Source of the DNA: Leucoraja ocellata
Taxonomy: Eukaryota
DNA: 64,000 bases
Assembly (NCBI GenBank): GCA_036785375.1
Contig: JAWMAR010000541.1
Coordinates: forward strand, 496,001 to 560,000
Reading direction: 5' to 3'
Shown here: piece by piece, positions 50,001-62,000 of the stretch
Numbering within the stretch: position 1 is the first letter of the stretch
How the letters are laid out: each line of letters starts with the position of its first letter
Program-made: the position numbers and the translations under genes
The notes under the pieces: generated by a model
Told to the model about the DNA's origin: nothing
What the model saw: only the letters and a program-made list of their open reading frames with translations
Database searches by the model: none

Positions 50001-53000
50001 TCCCTTAATTCTCAGGTCATGTCCCCTTGTTTGAATTTTCCCTACTCTCAATGGGAAAAGCTTGTCCACATCAACTCTGTCTATCCCTCTCATCGTTTTA
50101 AAGACCTCTATCAAGTCCCCCCTTAATCTTCTGCGCTCCAAAGAATAAAGGCCTAACTTGTTCAACCTTTCTCTGTAACTTAGTTGTTGAAACCCAGGCA
50201 ACATTCTAGTAAATCTCCTCTGTACTCTCTCTATTTTGTTGACATCCTTCCTATAATTAGGCGACCAAAATTGTACACCATACTCCAGAATTGGCCTCAC
50301 CAATGCCTTGTACAATTTTAACATTACATCCCAACTTCTATACTCAATTGTATTCTATTGTAAGTACATTAAGAATAAAATAAACAGGGAAAGGGCAGAG
50401 CCCATTATGGACATCAGGGGCAATTCATGAGTAGAACCAGAAGATGGAGGTGAGGTCCTAATTGCACACTTTGTATCAATATTCCCAAATGAAACAGACT
50501 TTGTAGTTGGAGGATTCAGCAAAGAAGTTGGTGAGGTTCATGCAAGTCTCCATAAATAAAAATGGATGTACAGAATGCCTTAATGACTTGGATCCCATGT
50601 GATGTGTAGGTTCCAAGGAGTGATAGGTGAATAAATAGAAAATTGGTTTAATAGAAGAGAGCAGAGGGTGATGGTGGAAGGTTGTTTTTTGGACTGGAGG
50701 CCCGTGGACTAGTGGTGTGCCTCAGAGTTCAGTGGTGGGCCCATTGCTGTCTGTCATCTATATCAATCATTTGGATGAGATTGTACATGGCATTATTAGC
50801 AAGTTTGCAGATGACACTAAAATGGGTGGTATTGCGGATAGTGACGATGGTTGTCAAAAATTGCAGCAGGACCTTGATCGGTTGGCCAGGTGGGCTGAGG
50901 AATAGTTGATGAAAGTTAAAACTTAGTGTTGCATTTTAAGTGTCACATTTTAACCAGGGCAGGACCTACAAAGTGAATGTTAGGGCTCTGGGAAATGTTA
51001 TAGAGCAGATGGATCTAGGAGTGCAGCTACATAGTTGCCTGTAAGAAACATCACAGATTGGGTGACATAGGGTGGTTAAGAAGGCTTTTAGCACATTGGC
51101 CTTCATAAGTCAGAGTACTGATTAAGGAAGTTGGAAGGCCATGTTACAGTTGTACAAGACATTGGCGAAGCCACATTTAGAGCATTCTGTTCAATTTGGC
51201 ACTATGTTCTAGGAAAGATGTTGTCAAGCTGGAAAAGGTGCAGAGAAGATATTGGCAGGACTCGAGGGGCTGAGCTATAGAGAGTAGTTGAGCAGGCTAG
51301 GACTGCTCTTTGGAGCACAGAAGAAAGTGGGATGATCTAATGCAGGTGTATAAGATAAGGAGATGGATATATAGGGTATGTGCATGGTTTTTAACCCAAA
51401 ATAGGAGAATCAAGAACCAGAGGGCATAAGGGGAAAATATTTAATAACTTGAGGGGCATTTTTTTTTACACAAGGGGTAACAGGTATATGGTATGTGCTG
51501 CCAGAGGAGGTAGTTGTGGCAGGTACAAGCGCAATGTTCAAAAAATATTTAGACAGGTACATGGATAGGATGGGTTTAGAGCGATATGGGCCAAATGCGG
51601 GCAGGTGGGACTAGTGTAGATGAAGTATGTTGGTTGGCGTGAGCAAATTGGGCCGAAGGGCTTGTTTCCACGCTATCTCACTCTGACTTAAAGTTGAATA
51701 AATCTAAAATCGTGTAGAATTGTAAGATTTACTGATAACTTACCAGTTAGAAGTTTGATCTTTATTTTATGAGAAGTTACGTTGGTGATTACATGAAGAA
51801 TACACGACGGTGCGCATGCACGTCAATCTTCAAAGCAGCGGTATGCAATCACAGATAACAGAATATTTGAAGTAACATAGTAAGATGAGCAACATGAGAA
51901 CGACCATATGATCTTTATGAGAGAGAGGGTTGGGCGTGGTGGGCACGTAATCAACGTAACTCCTCATAAAATAAAGATCAAACTTCTAACTGGTAAGTTC
52001 TCGTTTAATCTTACTATTTTACTTCGGAGTCACGTGAGTGATTCCGTGAAGAGTTCAAAGCTCTGTGATTTCATGCCGCAGATTCACTGCATCACTGCAT
52101 CGATCAACGTAACATTGATTCAAATGTATTAATGGCTTATGTGAATAAAGCAATCAATAGCAACCCCTCTATGTCAAGAGAGGCTAAAGTGAACGCAAAA
52201 CAGAATGGTCAAAGCAGCCCTGGTTGGCAATCAGCCTATGGTAAAAAAAAATTGAAATGTATTCACTTGACCATCCTGCGGTCGCGAGGATATGGCCGAT
52301 GAGAACGTCCATTGTCCTGGCCGCTGATGTTGATGCCGTCCTGATGGAATGAGATGTAAAATCGTCAGTGTTTATACGTGCATAAAACCAGAACCTGCTT
52401 CAGCCACATTGAAATAGTCTGAACTGACTATCCCTTGTGTGACTGTTTGTGACTAAACCCAATGCTGATTCTACACCTCGTAGGGTTCTAGTGGCCTCGA
52501 TATAATATAGCAAACATGACGTGAGTCTGTGGGGTATGTCGCAATACGATCTTTAATTCTGCCACCCTTGGTCTGCTCTGCTTGTGTAGATCAGAATGTA
52601 AAACGTAATGGCATCTGCAGCCATTTCCATCCTTTCTAGGCGCAGCTTCTGCAATGTCTGCCTCGCTGTGCTGATCCTAGTGTCATGACTAAAGGATGTA
52701 GCTGGCTCTGGTGAAAAATTGTTAACCCAATGTCAATATCCCATACTACGTATACGTATACTGGGAGAAACTTGTGTTGGAGACATCGTTTGCAACTCTA
52801 TATCCGGGGTTGAAAAAACACGACTGGAAAACGTCAGTAATCTGTACCAGATAAAATGTAACATTAACATGAAACAAACCCCTTTCCAATATCCTGAATA
52901 GGAATGTACTGCTTTTTTGGTGCTCTCCCTGCAATCTGCAGTGAGCACCTGCATGTGCATTCAGAATGTGTAAATCACTAATATTTATTATACAGAGGCT

Positions 53001-56000
53001 AGTTTCCTAACTCACTGTTTGAACCAGCAAAGTTTTTGTTTTTTAAAGTAACCTTATATGGTTGTATTATCATGGCTGACGGAAGCAGGAAGCATGGCTG
53101 CACAGCCAGACAGATAGTACGAAAACTAAAGCGAGATCTTGCTGACTTTATTTCAAGACCCGTCTGAGGCAAAAAAGGAGAAAGCATAAAAGAAACATTC
53201 CTCCTTGTTGTGTCGAGAGTGTATCTCTCACCACTATTACCACATATTTCTGCAATCAATGAAAAGCATGAACCATATTTTATAAATACTTTGGGACTCA
53301 ACACTATTCTGCGTTGTCCTGAATCGGAACTTGATGATAGACCCGTGGCAAGGAATTAGGTAAATATTACCGGATATTTTACTTGACTGCCATGTGGCTA
53401 ACATCTGCCACCACTGTAGTGTATCAACTTGAAGTTGGGCTTGTAGATTATGTATTTGCTCAATAGCCCTTTACCCATGAGATGCGTCTAGCGTCTATAC
53501 CTAGGTTATACCAAGACTGAAGACTTGGTAACTCATGCAACTCTCCAATTTTCCCATCTTAGAGCTCTTAGCTGGAGCAATGCTGAATACTGTTCATCAT
53601 TGTGACTTGAGTAGCTTCAGCTGGTCATAGCATAAGCCTGTTAACATTCAACCACATGCTCATTAGAGAGATTGCTAATTCCGACTTGCACAGCTGAATC
53701 ACAGCTACTATCTTGCCAATACTCTAGATGAATAGAATTCAGCTTTATGACATGTTTTAATTAACTCCAATCTGGTGCCCCAAGTCGGAATCAGAACTAA
53801 TCAATAGTTAAAGATACATCCCAATTACCAATAAGTCTAATTGGTAACAACCTAAAGTTAGCTGGATGGATGTCCAATTTCTCAAGTATAGTTTGAGACT
53901 GAACCGGTGAATTTACAAATCCAGTGTTAGAATCTCATCCAGTCAAACATAACAAGTGATTTCGAACTTTGAGTTCAAACACCAATTTTATAATTGTTTA
54001 AATAACCTTGGAATATAATTTATCCCATTTTGCAATGTTTTACTGTTATTAATACAGTTAAACGACATTCTCCATTTTGCATAATGAACCGGCCACTCCT
54101 GCCATCATTGCATGGGTGCTTTGCATGACAACTCTGCCCAATTTAGAGCCTGTCTTGAAATGACAATTCCAGCCTTAGCTTGGAATGCTATTATAGTGTC
54201 TAAGCAGATGGCAAAGTTTTTATTGTTGTATGTTGCTCAAACAAGTGTAAATATTACCAACTTGTGAATGGTCCACTAACCCACGTTCAGAGTGCCAAAC
54301 CCACCTTGTTGATTAGGACTGGTAGGGTGCGTGGAACCTGTATCCAGCTTGTATGGTACCACCAGCTTCAGTGAACAGCCCACTGCCGATGAAGGCATAG
54401 GATGCATTGTCGCCAAACTGATGAAGCTCTGTTCATCCATGGCCCTGCCACAGAGCGCCAGCTGCGCATCTGAGTCGACGGCCAGCTTGTTGCTGGTCCA
54501 AACCTGGAATCTGCATCTCTTTTGTAGGGATACTTTCCTCAGATTTGTCGACCTCCAGTGGCTTAACCTTCCTGCGTCTCGGACAGCAGCTTCATTTGCT
54601 GGGCACGCATGTCCATCTGACCCCATATCACCTGGTTTACTGCTGGCACCTTAAGTAACTCGCAGTTCCCCGGGGTCTTGTGTTTCTTTGCGGTCTCATC
54701 CATCGTGAGCTCCTGTAGCTGATGGGAGACTAAATAATTTATCGTGGGGGCCAACTCATCTCCCAGTGGCTCTCCTGACTGACGGGACAGCGAATCGTAC
54801 TGCCAGGGATGGGACATCTGGCAACTGCCATTCTTCACCTGGATTGAACTCACGGTCAGAGTCGGGGTCAGAACTCAGCTGACCCATGGCACGTGCCTCA
54901 TCAATGAAGGTGCTATCGAGCAGCCCCTTACTAGGTGCTGCTGGCGCAGCCTCTTCTCCAGCCTACCGCTCCTGGAGTGTGCCCTGGGGAAACAACCTCT
55001 GCAAGAGGTGCTCCATTTGGGATAACCGTTGAAAAAACGGTATCCAGCCCCGGAGAGGAATCCTCCGCTCCTGACTGGCTAGTCAGTGGGCCTAACAGAC
55101 TTGCTGGTGGCCTTTCGCCCGACTGGCGCTGGCTCTGTGCTTTGCAGCACCAAGTCTGCAGTCGCCCCGCTCCTGACCGGCGACTGCGATTTTATTGCGG
55201 CTTGCCTCTTTCCCTTGGTCGTCTTGTCCATTGCGTTGTCCTGGAAGAAATACACAGCACAGCACCACAGCAAAACAACCCGAACTTCAGCTAAGTTTGT
55301 GGCAATTACCTGGAGATTTAAATCCTCACAGCCTCCGTGTGCCAATGCAGTTGGTGCGCTCACACACTACGCAGCCCTGTTTCAGGTGCTGCTGACACAG
55401 CCTGTACCATAGGCCAGCACTCACCCACTATGCAGACCTGTTTCAGGTGCTGCTGATGCGGCCTGCACCATGGGCCAATGCTCACACACTATACAGCCCT
55501 GTCCCAAGTGCTGCTGATGCGGCCTGTACCCTAGACCAGCACTCACCACTAAGCAGACCTGTTCCAGGTCCTGCTGGCTTGGCCTGTAGCATAGGCCCGC
55601 GCTGGTACCTGTGAAGGGTTAAAAATAACCAACACAATGCATACACATACATACATATTCGGAAGGGAAACCTTTCAGCCCGACTTCCGAGTTCTATGGT
55701 TGTTTGATTACCTCTGTGCTCTCCACCCCATGCCTGGAGACACATCCACACCTATCAACTATCCTGTGAGCCATTGACCTTCCTGTCAGCAACTGGCGGT
55801 AGCCCCATGCCCCACCTGCTTGTTTTACCCGGCCTGGGAACACACAGCAGGCTTGAAACCACTGAACTTATCAGTGGATTAAATCGCGAAATTCACGACT
55901 CTACCCGACTATCCGCTTTCGCGGTCGGAACCGGGGTCTCCCCACAGCCCATAGCCGGTTCACTCGTGACTTCGTGAAATCCTGCAGGATACTTCTGTGA

Positions 56001-59000
56001 AGAGAAGTTCCTGCATGAACATCAAACCTGGTAAGTAATAAAAATCTTAACTACAGGTTTCACTTTACCATCGCCAGGGTGTGAAGCCCTGCACGTCCGG
56101 TGCCTTGCCGTGAGAACGACGTAATGATGTGCATGCGCACTGGCGGGTCTTCTTCACGGAATCACTCACATGACTCCGAAGTAAAATTTATCCCAGGCTG
56201 TTATGGGAGGCAAGGGAAAAGATTAAGGGGTTCTGGCTCATATTTGTAAATGCCACTGTCCATGGTGGCTTACTCATAGAATTGTAGTGGTGAAAGGGTG
56301 TTATTCTGGTAAGGTCTGTGACTAGAGGGATCTTTGGTGAGACCTCTGTTTGTGATATTATATATTCGGATGTAATTTGGATGTAATATAGATGGTTTGA
56401 TTAGTAAGTTTGGACTTGACACCAAATTGACAGAGTTGTGGAAGTGAGGAAGGCTGTCTAAGTATGCAGTGGAATATAGTGGGTGGAGAAATGATGAATG
56501 GACATTAATCCGAGCGAGTATAAGGTGTTGTACTTTGAGAGCTCAAATGTAAGGGGAAAGTATATAGTTAATGGCAAGACCTTAACAGCTTTGATGTAGA
56601 GAAAGATATTCCTAAAAGTGATATTGCAGTAAAGAAGTTGTCCACCATTCTCAATGGGTACATATCCTCTGAAGTCTCCTACTGTCTCGCAATCTCAACT
56701 CATTTATCATCAGGAAAACTTGGAAACACGACATATGGCCCCTTCATTGATACCATATAACCATATAACAATTACAGCACGGCATTAAAAAGATTGTAAA
56801 TAATTTGTGCACCAGTCCCTGCTGAACTGATAATTCACAGCCTGGTGATTCCCACTATGTACTTTCTGTCCAATAACCAATTCTCAGCCCATGTCATGTT
56901 TGTCCATGTGCTCCTCCATTGATGACTAAACCTGTGTTGGACTTTATTGAAAACTCCACTGGTCCCCCCCCCCCCCCCCCCCCCCCGACCTATTTCACCA
57001 CTCAGTAACAGTCTTGGAGAACTCCAATTAGGGAGTGGAAACTCTTCCTGTTATGGCCATGCTCCAAATCGCAGCAGCTGCGACATCACTTCCAGCTTAC
57101 GGAAATGAAAGACAACATTCTTCCTCGGTGAGCAGGAAGCCACGACGACCTTCTTGATGGCAGGGATTGGATGTGGTCACCTAGAAAGATCCCGTGGAAG
57201 GAAATTGAGAGTCAATGTGACCTTGACCTCCACAGTAAGTATGGCAGAAGGTTTTCATACAGTGTGTTTATAACCTGGTGAGGACAGCGTGGAGATCCTG
57301 AGCCTGGAGTACGCAGATGCTCAGAAGGCTCAGGATGGGATGTGATGTTTCTGAATCTGCACTAAGGAACATGTCTGTGCCTCCCAACCCAAGGTCCCAT
57401 CCACCCCGAGTGGCCAGTCACAGCCATACTGACATCATCAGTGAAGGAGGACTTCTCACGATGTCTGCACTGATGACTCCAATCAATGGCGGTGCAGGCT
57501 CAAACCATTGATTGAGTATCTCAGCAGCTAAGGTACATCAGCTCAGTCCATGGGCTTTGGAGGGTGTGAGCTGTCTTGGTCACTGCTGAAGCTGCCCAGT
57601 CAGGTCCCAGGAAATCTGTGGTAAACATAGAAAATAGGTGCAGGAGTAGGCCATTCGGCCCTTTGAGCCTGCACCGCCATTCAATATGATCACGGCTGAT
57701 CATCCAACTCAGTATCCTGTACCTGCCTTCTCTCCATACCCCCTGATCCCTTTAGCCACAAGGTCCACATCTAATTACCTCGTAAATATAGCCAATGAAC
57801 TGGCCTCAACAAAGTGGGAAGAGGGTGCTCCTGGTAAAGTGGGAAACAGCCAAGCCTGTTTCCTGATGCTTTGTGTGTGGGCCTGAGCTCATACTTACAG
57901 TGGCTTGTAAAAGTTTTCATACCCCTTGAACTTTTCCACATTTTGTCACGTTACAACCACAAACGTAAATGTATTTTATTGGGATTTTATGTGATAGACC
58001 AACACAAAGTGGTGCATAATTGTGAAGTGGAAGGAAAATGATACATGGTTTTCAAATTTTTTTACAAATAAAAAACTGAAAAGTGTGGCGTGCAAAAGTA
58101 TTCAGCCCCCCCCCCCCCCCCACCGAGTCAATACTTTGTAGAACCACCTTTCGCTGCAATTACAGCTGCAAGTCTTTTGTGGTATGTCTCTACCAGCTTT
58201 GCACATCTAGAGACTGAAGTTTTTGCCCATTCTTTGCAAAATAGCTCAAGCTCAGTCAGATTGGATAGAGAGCGTCTGTGAACAGCAATTTTCAAGTCCC
58301 CAGAGATTCTCAATTGGGTTTAGGTCTGGACTTTGACTGGGCCATTCGAACACATGAATATGCTTTGATCTAAACCATTCCATTGTAGCTCTGGCTGTAT
58401 GTTTAGGGTCGTTGTCCTGCTGGAAGGTGAACCTCCGGCCCCAGTCTCAAGTCTTTTGCAGACTCTATCAGGTTTTTCTTCCAAGATTGCCCGGTATTTT
58501 GTTCCATCCATCTTCCCATCAACTGACCAGCTTCCCTGTCCCTGCTGAAGAAAAGCATCCCCACAGCATGATGCTGCCACCACCATGTTTCACAGTGGGG
58601 ATGGTGTGTTCAGGGTGATGTACAGTGTTAGTTTTCCGCCACACATAGCGTTTTGCATTTAGGCCAAAAACTTCAATTTTGGTCTCATCTGACCAGAGCA
58701 CCTTCCTCCACATGTTTGCTGTGTCCCCCACATGACTTGTGGCAAACTGCAAACGGGACTTCTTATGGCTTTTTTTCAACAATGGCTTTCTTCTTGCCAC
58801 TCTTCCATAAAGGCCCGATTTGTGGAGTGCACGACTAATAGTTGTCCTGTGGACAGATTCTCCCACCTGAGCTGTGGATCTCTGCAGCTCCTCCAGAATT
58901 ACCATGGGCCTCTTGGCTGCTTCTCTGATCAATGCTCTTCTTGCCCAGCCTGTCAGTTTAGGTGGACGGCCATGTCTTGGTAGGTTTGCAGTTGTGCCAT

Positions 59001-62000
59001 ATTCTTTCCATTTTTGGATGATGGATTGAACAGTGCTCCGTGAGATGTTCAAAGCTTGGGATATCTTTTTATAACCTAACCCTGCTTTAAACTTCTCCAC
59101 AACTTTATCCCTGACCTGTCTGGTGTGTTCCTTGGGCTTCATGATGCTGTTTGTTCACTAATATTCTCTAACAAACCTCTGAGGCCTTCACAGAACAGCT
59201 GTATTTATACTGAGATTAGATTACACACAAGTGGACTCTATTTACGAATTAGGTGACTTCTGAAGGCAATTGGTTGCACTGGATTTTATTTAGGGGTATC
59301 GGAGTAAAGGGGGCTGAATACTTCTGCACACCACACTTTTCAGTTTTTTATTTGTAAAAAAATTTGAAAACCATGTATCATTTTCCTTCCACTTCACAAT
59401 TATGCGCCACTTTGTGTTGGTCTATCACATAAACTCCCAATAAAATGCATTTACATTTGTGGTTATAACGTGACAACATGTGGAAAAGTTCAAGGGGTAT
59501 GAATACTTTTGCAAGCCACTGTATGCTGCCACAGGTGGGAAGGAGGCCTGTATAAGTAGTGACTTCATTGGATATGTTCCCAACACTGGACGAGCCTCAG
59601 GATTCAGTGGTGGATTGTGACAGGAAGTGCCCAGTCCAATATTGAGTTTTGTGGTGTCACTGGGAGATGATCACCAGCTCCATTTACTCCAGATAGACAG
59701 AGTGCCGGCAGACAGGGCTGGGCAATGCAGCCTTTACACTGTAACACAGGGCTGTAGTGGGGACTGGGAAACGTGACTGAATGACATTCACCCTATGGGC
59801 TTAATGGTGTCTGTGCCATACTATTCTGTGTTCATCTTCCTACCGCTCTCTATTACCTCCTTGCCCTGGTCACCACCTTATCAATGACCCAGGTGAGGGG
59901 CTCCAGGATTGATATCTGCCAGTGACAGGGAACATGAAACATGGGGCGTTCCAAATTTCTGATGCTCAGCTGTGGGGCAGGGCAGTGGGGGGTTGAAGAG
60001 GAAATTCCGATTCATAGAATATAGGTTCAATATTCTATATATATCCTGTTTATTTCTCATAAAATGAAAGGACCATTAGCTCATCAAATCTGTCAGAGCA
60101 ACTGTATTAATTCCCTCCCTCCATAATGTGCCCATTAACAACCCCAGATTCTACTATTCACCCACACACTTTGGGTAATTAATACACTAACCTGCACATC
60201 TTTGGGATGTGGGAGGAAACCAGAGCACGTGGAGGAAACCCACACAGTCACAGAGAGAACATGCAGACTCCATGCATTCATGGGTGGGTTTACAGGGCAG
60301 CTTGTTGAGCAGCCATTAGCGAGAGATTACACTGAGAGGGCGAGGGGAGGGAGGGAAATGACATATTGAGTGTGACGGGGAAGGACCAAGAGAGAGAGTG
60401 AGAGTGAATGGGAGGGGAAGGACACACAGAGGGAGGGTGGGGGCAAGGATATGCAGGGAGAGTGGGGGAATGACATGCACAGAGAGAGAGAGAGTGGAGG
60501 GATGGAGGTGAAGGACACACAGAATGTAGGGAGGAAGGGGGAGGGAAAGGACAATGAGTGGAGGGACGGAGAGAAAGGACACACTGAGGGAATGACAGGA
60601 AGGAAGGAACAGAGGGAAAGGACAGATAGTGAGGAAAATGAATTAAGGAAGGGTGGGCTGAGGGGAAGGAAGAAAAGTACACACTGAGAGGGTGAAGAAG
60701 AAGAAATAAGGAACAATCTATATACCCTGGTGAGGTACAATTCTCCAGACAGAGAAGTTCACATTATTCTCGATTTTGACAACCATCCAGTATCAGTGCT
60801 TGATCTACAAGTAACTCCTCCATTTGACCCGTCCATTTGATCAGAACCTCTCCTTAGTTTAAAGCAATCTGTTACCTCTCAGCATTTGTTCATCGTTCAT
60901 AAGTCATAGGATCAGAATTAGGCCATTCAGTCCACTAAGTCTACTCCGCCATTGCTGATCTATCTTTCCCTCTCAACCTCACTCGCTTGCCTTCTCCACA
61001 TAAACCTTGACATCCTTACTAATCAAGAACCTGTCAATCTCCACCTTAAAAATACCCAACAGACTCACCACCCTCTGACAAGGAAATTCCTCCTCATCTT
61101 AAACATAGAAATAGGTGCAGGAGTAGGCCATTCGGCCCTTCGAGCCTGCACCGCCATTCAATATGATCATGGCTGATCATCCAACTCAGTATCCCGTACC
61201 TGCCTTCTCTCCATACCCCCTGATCCCTTTAGCCACAAGGGCCACATCTAACTCCCTCGTAAATATAGCCAATGAACTGGCCTCAACTACCTTCTGTGGC
61301 AGAGAGTTCCACAGATCCACCACTCTCTTCTTTCTAAAGGCATGTCCTTTTATTCTGAGACTATGCCCTCTGTTCCTAGACTCCCATGAGTGGAAACATC
61401 CTCTCCACATCCACTCTATCCAGGCCTTTCACTATTGGGTAAGTTTCACTTGTCAAGGAGGAGACCCAGCATGTGCACCATTCCCCAGCAGATATAGTCA
61501 GGATCCCTCTTGAAATAAACCCCAGGGCTCACTCTGCCCACAATGCAGCTTCATTAACCTCTGTCGCCACGTTTAATGAATGAATATGTTTATTGGCCAA
61601 GTATTCACATACAGGGAATTTGCCTTGGTGCTCCGCCCGCTGTGGCAACGTCATACAGTGACAGGAATGACACTTTAAACATTAATAATAAAACATTATC
61701 GATTAAACTTGTGAATTAAATAAAATACCAGAGCAAAAGGAGGCAACAGATTTTTGGTTATTGAATAGAACGGCTACTCGTGGAAAAAAACTTTTTATGT
61801 CTGGCTGTGGCAGCTTTGACAGTTCAGAGTCACCTTCCAGAGGGAAGTGATTCAAAGAGTTTGTGGCCAGGATGAGAGGGGTCAGAGATTATCTTACCCG
61901 CTCACTTCCTGGCCCTTGCAGTGTACAGTTCGTCAATGGAGGGAAGGTTGCAGCCAATAACCTTCTTAATGATCAATGATTTCAATCCTGACTGTTCTCT

